64,000 nucleotides of DNA from Gemmatimonadota bacterium. GTDB taxonomy: Bacteria; Gemmatimonadota; Gemmatimonadetes; Palauibacterales; KS3-K002. Both the position numbers and the translations under genes were made by a program. Where the stretch lies: the NCBI GenBank assembly GCA_041617795.1, contig JBFJOD010000002.1, forward strand, positions 1,189 to 65,188. Reading direction: 5' to 3'. Every line of letters begins with the position of its first letter. Positions within the stretch are counted from its first letter, which is position 1. Positions 1 through 7,966 of this stretch are shown here, piece after piece. A model generated the notes under the pieces. It was not told the origin of the DNA, searched no databases, and saw only the letters and a list, made by a program, of their open reading frames with translations.

Positions 1-1
1 C

Positions 2-184
2 GTAGAGCCGCTTCCCGGGAAGTTCCCGGTCCCTGGCGTGGGCCCCCTGAACTTGCTGGGCGAAAGCGAGATCAACCATTGGGGCAAGATGGCGTTCCGC
101 TGGATCTACTGGAACATGCTGCTCAAGGGTTCGGAGATCCCGGGGATCGAGTCGCGAATGTCCATGGCCGGCAAGTGGAGCTGA
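2..184 (+). CDS. 3' end of an FAD-dependent pyridine nucleotide-disulfide oxidoreductase (sulfide:quinone reductase-like), partial
   Basis: Frame is open from the window edge to TGA at 182-184. My translation (...NLLGESEINHWGKMAFRWIYWNMLLKGSEIPGIESRMSMAGKWS) resembles the amphipathic C-terminal helices of SQR/NDH-2-like flavoproteins. DUF1641, TusE and DsrE-like genes follow directly. Confidence 0.4.
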   Translation, partial: VEPLPGKFPVPGVGPLNLLGESEINHWGKMAFRWIYWNMLLKGSEIPGIESRMSMAGKWS

Positions 185-187
185 ACG

Positions 188-766
188 ATGGCAACGAGTT
201 ATGACGGAGACGCTGGGTCGGCGCCGGGAGCCGAAGTCATCGATACTGCCGCTGCGCTGACGGAAATCAACCAGAAGTTGGATCGCATTAGCCTGGTGGT
301 CGATGATCTGGATCGACGCATGGAGAGCTTCGACGACCTCAAGGAAGATCTCGTACCGATCGCCCATGGGGCGCTGAAGATCGCCTACAAACGATTGCAT
401 GAGTTGGAGCAAGAGGGCGCCCTCGATTTTGCGGCGGAATCGGTTCAGGTGTTGAGAACCATCTCGACTTCGTTCAGCCGGGAAGATGTCAGACTTCTCG
501 GCGACAACATTGTGAGCATCCTCAAAACAGTCAGGAATCTCACTCAGCCGGAGGTGCTGGGAGTGGCGGATCGGGCGGCGCTGGCGCTACGCGAGGCGCA
601 GCCGGCGAAGACCGGGAAGCTCGGGCTATTTCGCGCCCTGCGCGATCCCGAAGTCCGCCGCGGCATGACCCTGTTGTTGGGTGTTTTGCGTGAGTTGGGC
701 AGCGATAGTCAGAACGGCTCCGCTGAGTTGTCACGGGGCGATCAATCCGACGAAGGTGGTAACTGA
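188..766 (+). CDS. DUF1641 domain-containing protein
   Basis: 192-aa ORF starting 4 nt after the upstream stop. The C-terminal GLFRALRDPEVRRGMTLLLGVLRELG matches the DUF1641 signature as I recall it. This family typically follows SQR/NDH-2-like flavoprotein genes. Confidence 0.6.
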   Translation: MATSYDGDAGSAPGAEVIDTAAALTEINQKLDRISLVVDDLDRRMESFDDLKEDLVPIAHGALKIAYKRLHELEQEGALDFAAESVQVLRTISTSFSREDVRLLGDNIVSILKTVRNLTQPEVLGVADRAALALREAQPAKTGKLGLFRALRDPEVRRGMTLLLGVLRELGSDSQNGSAELSRGDQSDEGGN

Positions 767-788
767 AAGGGAGCAGACTCCGAAGGAG

Positions 789-1112
789 ATGGCAATGAGC
801 ACTGTACTGCTAGCTGGCCAGGAAATCGAATTGAACGAAGAAGGGTTCATGCTGAACCCGGATCAATGGACGCCGGAGATCGCTGTCGAATTGGCCCGCC
901 GGGCCGATATCGACCCGCTGACCGACAAGCATTGGGAGGTCATCGACTTCTGCCGGCGCGATGCGGCTGAGAAGGGTGAGCCGCCGGGGGTACGCCGAAT
1001 CACGAAGCAGACCGGCGTGTCTACAAAAGAGATGTATCAGTTGTTTCCCAAGGGACCCGGAATCCTGGCCGCCAGGATCTCGGGGCTGAGCAAGCCCAAA
1101 GGCTGCATTTAG
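789..1112 (+). CDS. TusE/DsrC family sulfur relay protein (TusE-type, single C-terminal Cys)
   Basis: ATG at 789 is preceded by GAAGGAG. The 107-aa product ends ...GLSKPKGCI, the conserved penultimate-Cys tail of the TusE/DsrC family. The residue 11 positions upstream of that Cys is Ala, so the second DsrC redox Cys is absent. Confidence 0.8.
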   Translation: MAMSTVLLAGQEIELNEEGFMLNPDQWTPEIAVELARRADIDPLTDKHWEVIDFCRRDAAEKGEPPGVRRITKQTGVSTKEMYQLFPKGPGILAARISGLSKPKGCI

Positions 1113-1151
1113 CAGGCGAAGGCCAACCTGAGTTGAACGGGAACACGAGCC

Positions 1152-1634
1152 ATGTCAGAAAACGGAAAGAAAAACGGAAACCGCAAGGTGGCGATTATTT
1201 GTTCGAAGGGCAGCCTGGACATGGCGTACCCAGGACTGATCCTCGCCAACGCAGCCCGGATGATGGGGATCGATGCGGTGCTCTTCTTCACCTTCTGGGG
1301 TCTCGATATCATCAGCGAGAAGCGGGTCGATAAGCTTCACGCTGGGATCGTCGGCAACCCGGCCACACACATGCCGGCAATGCTGGCGGGGCTCCCGGGC
1401 ATGGAGAGCCTGGCCACTTCGATGATGAAAAAGAAGATCGATGAGCTAGAGATACCTCCCGTCCGCGAGTTGTTGGAGATTTTGGACGATGCGGGCGCCG
1501 AGATTTACGGGTGCAAGATGGCCATGGACATGATGGACATCAAAAAAGAAGACCTGGTCCCGCAGGTCAAAGATGTGATCACGGCCATGGATTTCTTCGA
1601 GAAGGCCGACGGCGCGCAGACGATCTTCATCTAG
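1152..1634 (+). CDS. DsrE/DsrF-like family protein
   Basis: 160 aa. KVAIICSKGSLDMAYPGLILANAARMMG...LFFTFWGL is typical of the DsrE/DsrF/DrsH-like sulfurtransferase fold family. It sits in a sulfur-relay gene context. Confidence 0.75.
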   Translation: MSENGKKNGNRKVAIICSKGSLDMAYPGLILANAARMMGIDAVLFFTFWGLDIISEKRVDKLHAGIVGNPATHMPAMLAGLPGMESLATSMMKKKIDELEIPPVRELLEILDDAGAEIYGCKMAMDMMDIKKEDLVPQVKDVITAMDFFEKADGAQTIFI

Positions 1635-1971
1635 CGAACCCGCGCCCGGCATTGGAGAATTGGGCCCGTTCCTATTATCATCCAGCGGTGTGCGAGGCTC
1701 GGCAGAGCCCGCGCGCCGCTGGTTGCAGATGATAGCGGTGCCTCGATCGGCGAAAAAGGGACGCTGCACTGGTGCAAGCGGCGCGAATTGTATACATTCC
1801 GCTCTCACCCGCCCGCACCAGACCCGGACAAATCAGTGAGGTTTTAAGCGTCGCGGACGTCGCGGCGGCTATCGGCAGATTCCCCCACGAAAAGGGCTAA
1901 AGCCGGGCGGTTCGGCAAGGGAACCCGGCCTGTCCCGCTCCCTGACATTCCGCTCAACGGATGATACGTCT

Positions 1972-3810
1972 TTGATTCGCAACATCGCGATCATCGCCCA
2001 TGTCGATCACGGCAAAACGACCCTGGTCGACAAGATGCTTCGCCAAGCTGGAGTCTTCCGCTCCAACCAACAAGTGGCCGATCGGGTTATGGATTCCGAT
2101 CCGCTCGAGCGCGAGCGTGGTATCACCATCCTTTCCAAGAACACGGCCGTCACTTGGAATCGCGTCAAGATCAACATCGTCGATACCCCGGGTCACGCCG
2201 ATTTCGGAGGTGAAGTCGAACGCATCTTGCGAATGGTGGACGGTGTCCTGCTGCTGGTGGATGCGGCGGAAGGGCCGATGCCTCAGACGCGATTCGTAAC
2301 GCGTAAGGCGCTGGCCCTCGGCCTGCAGCCGATCGTCGTGATCAACAAGGTGGATCGTGCGGACGCTCGCCCACTCGAGGTCCACGATGCCGTGCTCGAC
2401 CTCTTCATCGAGCTGGAAGCCACCGACCGGCAACTCGATGCGCCGTTCCTTTACGCCTCGGCCCGCGACGGTTGGGCCTCGAGTTCTGAGCGAGATCACG
2501 GTGGCGACCTGGCGCCACTGTTCCAGGCTATCCTCGATCACGTTCCCGAACCACGCTGTGAGGCCGACGCACCGTTTCAGCTGCTGATCTCCACGATCGA
2601 TTATTCGACGTACCTGGGGCGTATCGCCATCGGCCGGATCGAGCGAGGTGTCGTCAGGGTTGGACAGACCGTGGCAATGCTCGCGACCGGCGAGCCGGGC
2701 AGTGTGCCGGCGGACATGGGGCGTCCTGCACGTGTGTTGAAGGTTTACGCCTTCGATGGACTCAAGCGCGTTGAGGTGGAAAGCGCCTCTGCTGGAGACA
2801 TCGTCGCTCTGGCGGGCCTGGAGGGCGTTGAGATCGGGATGACGGTCAGCGATATCAATGTACTAGAGCGTCTTCGGGGGATCGCGGTCGAGGAACCGAC
2901 TATCTCCGTCGATTTCATGGTTAATGATTCGCCGTTTGCGGGAGAGGCCGGTCAGTTCGTAACCAGCCGCCAGGTCTCCGAACGGCTTTACCGCGAGCTC
3001 GAGCGTAATGTGGCGCTCAAAGTCGAGGAGACGGAACGAACCGACGCGTTGACCGTGTCTGGACGGGGTGAGCTTCATTTGGCCATCCTGATGGAGACGA
3101 TGCGCCGGGAAGGCTACGAGTTCCAAGTCAGCCGGCCCCGCGTGATCATCCGCTCCGGCGCCGGTGGCCAGAAGCTTGAACCGTACGAGGAGCTGGTCAT
3201 CGACGTTCCGGAAGATATGACCGGTGTCGTGATGAAGAAGCTCGGGCCGCGCCGAGCCGAACTCATGGAGATGAAGAACCCTGGCAAGGGGCGCGCCCGT
3301 ATGCACTTCAAGGTTCCGGCCCGTGGACTGTTCGGCTATCGGTCGGAGTTCCTCACAGATACCAGGGGCGAGGGGATCATGCACCACAGGTTCCTGGATT
3401 ACGGACCCTGGGCCGGGCCATTAGCCGGCCGGACGCGGGGAGTATTGGTGGCGGATCGCCGCGGCGAGGCGTCGCCCTACGCGCTGTTCAACCTCCAGGA
3501 ACGCGGAACGCTGTTCATCGGGCCGCGCGAGGCCGCTTACGAAGGGATGATCGTAGGTGAGCACTCGCGAGCCGGCGACCTGGACGTAAACGTGGCGAAG
3601 GAAAAGAAGCTGACGAACATCCGGGCCGCAGCATCGGACCAGAACGTCTTGCTCGAGCCGCCACGGCGAATCTCGCTCGAGTTTGCCCTGGAATACATAG
3701 AGGATGATGAACTGATCGAAGTCACGCCAAGCGCCATTAGGTTGTGCAAACGCGTGCGGAACGCAAACGAGCGCAAGAAAGCCTCCCGCCTACAAAACGC
3801 CGCAACATAG
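1972..3810 (+). CDS. typA: translational GTPase TypA/BipA
   Basis: 612 aa starting at a TTG codon. [19 protein letters not shown] (G1), [14 protein letters not shown] (G3) and NKVD (G4) are present, with full-length EF-G-like architecture typical of TypA. Confidence 0.95.
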   Translation: MIRNIAIIAHVDHGKTTLVDKMLRQAGVFRSNQQVADRVMDSDPLERERGITILSKNTAVTWNRVKINIVDTPGHADFGGEVERILRMVDGVLLLVDAAEGPMPQTRFVTRKALALGLQPIVVINKVDRADARPLEVHDAVLDLFIELEATDRQLDAPFLYASARDGWASSSERDHGGDLAPLFQAILDHVPEPRCEADAPFQLLISTIDYSTYLGRIAIGRIERGVVRVGQTVAMLATGEPGSVPADMGRPARVLKVYAFDGLKRVEVESASAGDIVALAGLEGVEIGMTVSDINVLERLRGIAVEEPTISVDFMVNDSPFAGEAGQFVTSRQVSERLYRELERNVALKVEETERTDALTVSGRGELHLAILMETMRREGYEFQVSRPRVIIRSGAGGQKLEPYEELVIDVPEDMTGVVMKKLGPRRAELMEMKNPGKGRARMHFKVPARGLFGYRSEFLTDTRGEGIMHHRFLDYGPWAGPLAGRTRGVLVADRRGEASPYALFNLQERGTLFIGPREAAYEGMIVGEHSRAGDLDVNVAKEKKLTNIRAAASDQNVLLEPPRRISLEFALEYIEDDELIEVTPSAIRLCKRVRNANERKKASRLQNAAT

Positions 3811-3828
3811 TACTAGAACGAGGAGATC

Positions 3829-4983
3829 GTGGAAAAAGGGGACGCACTAGGCATTCTGGAGCTTCGTAACAAAGGCTCCGGCTTCATCCGCCGCCGCGAG
3901 GCTGGCTACCTGCCCTCGAAATCCGACATACATGTCGGTCGCAATTTGGTGCAACGCCACGGACTGCGAACGGGCGACGAGCTTGCCGGCGAGGTCGGCA
4001 AGGCGCCGGGCCGCGGGAAGAGCCCGCCGCTTACGCGCATCACGGCAATCAACGGTCGGCCCCCGGAGCGAGTGCAGCGAAGGCCGGACTTCAATCGATT
4101 AGGTGCGATCCATCCCGACGAGCAGCTAGTCCTCGATTGTGGCCGGATGATGCTCGGCAACCCGGATTACACCAACCGCGTGATCGATCTGCTTTGCCCG
4201 TTCGGTAAGGGACAACGTGCGCTGATCGTTTCGCCCGCTAAGGCAGGGAAGACCACTGTCTTGCAGGCGGTGGCGGAGGGCGTGGTCAAGAACTACCCCG
4301 AGGCCACGTTGTTCATCTTGCTGGTGGACGAGCGACCCGAGGAAGTGACCGAGATGGAGGTGTGTGGATTTGGGGAGGTCGTCTCCTCGAGCTTCGACTA
4401 CCCGGCGGAGCGTCATGTGGCCCTCGCGGAGTTGACGCTGGAGCGCGCGCGTCGGCTCGTCGAGCACGGCGATGATGTCGTCATCATCCTCGATTCCATC
4501 ACGCGGCTGGCGCGCGCCTACAATAATGTCGAGCGCGGAAGCGGTCGAACGCTTTCGGGTGGCCTCGACGCCACTTCTCTTGAAAAGCCGAAGCGATTCT
4601 TGGGGAGTGCACGCAAGATCGATCAGGCAAAAGGTGGCGGCTCGCTTACGATAATCGCCACAGCGTTGGTGGATACCGGGTCGCGCATGGACGACGTGAT
4701 TTTCGAGGAGTTCAAGGGCACCGGCAACAGTGAGCTTGTGCTGAGCAGGGAGTTGGCCGATCGCCGGATCTTCCCGGCAATCGATCTTAACTCGAGCTCC
4801 ACCCGACGCGAGGAGCTGTTGCTGTCTCCCGAGGCTCTTTCGGTGTCGCAGGCCATCCGCCGACGGATGAGCGGCTTTTCACCGGTCGATGCGATGAATG
4901 AGATCTTGGCCGTGATGAAGAAGACTGAATCCAACGACGAACTGCTGCGGCAGGTCGCCTCGGCGCTGGAAGGCTCCGCCTAG
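3829..4983 (+). CDS. rho: transcription termination factor Rho (short form lacking the N-terminal helix bundle)
   Basis: GTG start 6 nt after GAGGAG and only 18 nt after the typA stop. 384 aa with the OB-fold RNA-binding segment GILELRNKGSGFIRR...LRTGDELAGEV, Walker A SPAKAGKTT and a RecA-type ATPase core. Confidence 0.92.
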   Translation: MEKGDALGILELRNKGSGFIRRREAGYLPSKSDIHVGRNLVQRHGLRTGDELAGEVGKAPGRGKSPPLTRITAINGRPPERVQRRPDFNRLGAIHPDEQLVLDCGRMMLGNPDYTNRVIDLLCPFGKGQRALIVSPAKAGKTTVLQAVAEGVVKNYPEATLFILLVDERPEEVTEMEVCGFGEVVSSSFDYPAERHVALAELTLERARRLVEHGDDVVIILDSITRLARAYNNVERGSGRTLSGGLDATSLEKPKRFLGSARKIDQAKGGGSLTIIATALVDTGSRMDDVIFEEFKGTGNSELVLSRELADRRIFPAIDLNSSSTRREELLLSPEALSVSQAIRRRMSGFSPVDAMNEILAVMKKTESNDELLRQVASALEGSA

Positions 4984-5135
4984 CTGGCGCAGATTCTCAG
5001 CTCGCAGATGGATCTCGGGCGAAGCACCCATTTCAGCCGTTCATAGAGCCGGTCGGCGCCGGCTGGTTCCGCTCTGATACCCCCGCGAGTTATCGTGCAG
5101 TTGGCGGTCTCAGCGCGCGTCAACCCCGGGGCTCC

Positions 5136-6671
5136 ATGAAACTCCACGACCTAGTTGTAACGTCGCGAAGTGTTGCGTCGACCAGCGCCCGCAAAGAGAA
5201 GATCGTTTTGTTGGTCGACCTGCTGCGTGGCCTCGCGCCCGACGAAATCGCCGTGGCGGTCGCCTTTCTTGCAGGTGAGCTAATCGAGGGGCGGATCGGC
5301 GTGGGACCCGCGCTGTTGCGCGCTGTCGCGCCGGGGTCGCCGGCGGCGGAGCCTACTCTCAGCGTCGGCGACGTCGCTAACTGCTTTCAGCGAGTCGCCT
5401 CGGTCTTTGGTAGCGGGTCAACAGCGACGCGTGGCCGCCTGTTGAATGAGCTGCTCTCGCGAGCGACGGCCGAGGAACAGGGTTTTCTGACGCGATTGAT
5501 CCTGGGAGAACTGCGCCAGGGGGCCTTGGAAGGCGTCATGGTCGAGGCCATCGCGCGGGCGGCGAAGCTGCCGTCACGGTCGGTACGCCGGGCGCTCATG
5601 CTCTCGGGCCGCCTGCCGGAGGTCGCCCGCGCGGCCTTGATCGAGGGGACCAGCGGTCTGGCTCGCTTTTCCATCCAGCTGTTCCGCCCGATTCAGCCCA
5701 TGCTGGCCGAGACCGCTGACGAGGTAGCGGAGGTGCTGGGGCGCTTCGATCGAGCTGCGCTCGAATACAAGTTGGATGGTGCCCGGGTGCAGGTTCACCG
5801 GTCCGGCACCGACATTCACGTGTACACACGCCGCCTGAACGATGTAACCGAGGCGGTCCCCGAGCTGGTCGAGCAAGTCGGCGTTCTGCCCGTACGAGAG
5901 ATCGTATTGGACGGCGAGGCGCTGGCACTCAAGGAAGGCGGACGGCCACAGCCCTTCCAGCAGACCATGCGCCGCTTCGGCCGGAGGCTCGAGGTGGAAA
6001 AGATGCGCGAAGAATTGCCGCTCTCGGCCTTCTTCTTCGATGTCCTGTATTTGGACGGTGAGGCGTTGATCGATCGGCCAACCCGGGAACGCCTTCTTGC
6101 GCTTGAGGACGTCTTGCCGCAAACGCTGAGGGTCCCGTCCGTTCAGACGGCCGATACGGCTGAGGCATCAGCGTTTCTTCAAGCCGCCCTGGCCGCGGGT
6201 CACGAGGGGATCATGGCGAAATCGCTGGATGCGCCCTACGAGGCAGGTCGGCGGGGGCGAAACTGGTTGAAGCTGAAGCCGGCGCATACACTCGATCTGG
6301 TCGTGCTGGCGGTCGAGTGGGGTTCCGGCCGGCGCCGTGGCTGGCTCAGTAACCTGCACCTGGGCGCGCGCGATCCCACGACCGGCGGGTTTGTGATGCT
6401 CGGTAAGACCTTCAAGGGGATGACCGATGAGTTGCTGGAGTGGCAAACCCGGCGTCTGCTCGAGATCGAGATCTCCCGTGACGAGTGGACGGTTTATGTG
6501 CGACCGGAGCTGGTCGTCGAGGTCGCCTTCAATGATGTGCAGGAGAGCCCCCGATATCCTGGCGGACTGGCCTTGCGGTTCGCTCGTGTCAAACGTTACC
6601 GGCCCGACAAGAGCGCCAGTGAAGCGGACACGATCGACGCAGTCCGGAGGATCTACCTAGGGGCAGGCTGA
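5136..6671 (+). CDS. ATP-dependent DNA ligase
   Basis: 511 aa. The adenylation motif I EYKLDGARVQVH (KxDG) is present. Later motifs (EGIMAK, WLKLK) and an OB-fold C-terminal region are consistent with the ATP-dependent ligase family. Confidence 0.9.
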   Translation: MKLHDLVVTSRSVASTSARKEKIVLLVDLLRGLAPDEIAVAVAFLAGELIEGRIGVGPALLRAVAPGSPAAEPTLSVGDVANCFQRVASVFGSGSTATRGRLLNELLSRATAEEQGFLTRLILGELRQGALEGVMVEAIARAAKLPSRSVRRALMLSGRLPEVARAALIEGTSGLARFSIQLFRPIQPMLAETADEVAEVLGRFDRAALEYKLDGARVQVHRSGTDIHVYTRRLNDVTEAVPELVEQVGVLPVREIVLDGEALALKEGGRPQPFQQTMRRFGRRLEVEKMREELPLSAFFFDVLYLDGEALIDRPTRERLLALEDVLPQTLRVPSVQTADTAEASAFLQAALAAGHEGIMAKSLDAPYEAGRRGRNWLKLKPAHTLDLVVLAVEWGSGRRRGWLSNLHLGARDPTTGGFVMLGKTFKGMTDELLEWQTRRLLEIEISRDEWTVYVRPELVVEVAFNDVQESPRYPGGLALRFARVKRYRPDKSASEADTIDAVRRIYLGAG

Positions 6672-6709
6672 TTGACTTGCCGCCTGCCGTAGCCTGTATA
6701 TTGTCGCTT

Positions 6710-7912
6710 ATGCCGAACCACACATCGTCGGTTCCACGGCCTTCAACAAGGCGCTGGATCGCTTTGGCAACGGTCACACTGCTCGTGGCTTGTGCCGAGG
6801 GTCGCGGCTACCTGGCCGCGGGGACGACGGCTGCACAGCGCCCCGCAACGGCGGACAGCGCTTTTGCGCGCCTCATCACTCAGCTGTCAGAACCGGGTGG
6901 CTACTTCGATACCGACAACTTGATCTCGAATGAGACTTCTTACTTGCACGTCGTGGGTAAGCTGCAGGAGCTGAACTTCCGTGGAGGTGCTTACATCGGC
7001 GTGGGGCCTGATCAGAACTTCTCTTACATTGCGCATGTTCGGCCCTACGTTGCATTCATCATCGACATCCGCCGCGATAACTTGCTTCAGCATCTTCTGT
7101 TCAAGTCGTTGTTCTCTTTGTCGCGCAACCGGATTGACTACCTGTGCCTTCTCTTTGCGCGCGCCTGCCCTGCGGACGTCGCTGGTTGGGACAAGCGTGA
7201 TGTCGGCGAGCTGATCGACTACATCGACTCGACACCGACAAATCCTGATCACTCAGCTGCGGTGCTCGCAACCGTCGCAGAACGGTCAGCCGCTTTCGGC
7301 CTCGAGTTGACGGCTGCGGATTTGCAGACGATCCGTGCTTTCCATTCGAAATTCATTCGCGAGGGTTTGGGACTGCGATTCAGCAGCCACGGCCGGCGAC
7401 CGCGATCGTATTATCCAACCTACCGACAGTTGCTGCTCGAGAGAGACCTCAGCGGACGGCAGGCAAGCTACCTGGCCAACGAGGCGGACTTCCAGTTCAT
7501 CAAACGGCTTCAGGATAACGACTTGATTGTGCCCGTGGTCGGCGATCTGGCCGGCGAGCATGCGCTGGTCGCGATCGGACGGGAGATCGCCAAGCGAGGG
7601 CTGGTGTTGTCGGCGTTTTACACTTCGAATGTCGAGTATTACATCATGCGCGACCGTGGCTTCGATCGGTTCGTTGCGAACGTCGGAGCGCTTCCCCACA
7701 ACGGCCGCAGCGTGATCATCCGGAGCTTCTTTGGGCGGAATTTCGGTTATGTTCACCCGCAGGCCGTACGTGGATACTACAGCGTTCAGTTGCTGCAGAA
7801 TATCGAAGATCTGCTCAGCGAGTATGCGGCGGGTGGCTATCGATCCTACTTTGATCTGATCACTAATAACGTCATAGAGTTAGGTGTGCCTTCCCGCGCG
7901 ACGGGAAACTAG
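6710..7912 (+). CDS. conserved hypothetical lipoprotein
   Basis: In-frame ATG at 6710 gives MPNHTSSVPRPSTRRWIALATVTLLVAC with a lipobox (LVAC). The long ORF has ordinary amino-acid composition. I do not recognise a family. Confidence 0.5.
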   Translation: MPNHTSSVPRPSTRRWIALATVTLLVACAEGRGYLAAGTTAAQRPATADSAFARLITQLSEPGGYFDTDNLISNETSYLHVVGKLQELNFRGGAYIGVGPDQNFSYIAHVRPYVAFIIDIRRDNLLQHLLFKSLFSLSRNRIDYLCLLFARACPADVAGWDKRDVGELIDYIDSTPTNPDHSAAVLATVAERSAAFGLELTAADLQTIRAFHSKFIREGLGLRFSSHGRRPRSYYPTYRQLLLERDLSGRQASYLANEADFQFIKRLQDNDLIVPVVGDLAGEHALVAIGREIAKRGLVLSAFYTSNVEYYIMRDRGFDRFVANVGALPHNGRSVIIRSFFGRNFGYVHPQAVRGYYSVQLLQNIEDLLSEYAAGGYRSYFDLITNNVIELGVPSRATGN

Positions 7913-7966
7913 AGTGGCCCGCATTTAGGAAGCAGAATCGCTCCGTGGCACCAGGAGGAAGGATCA

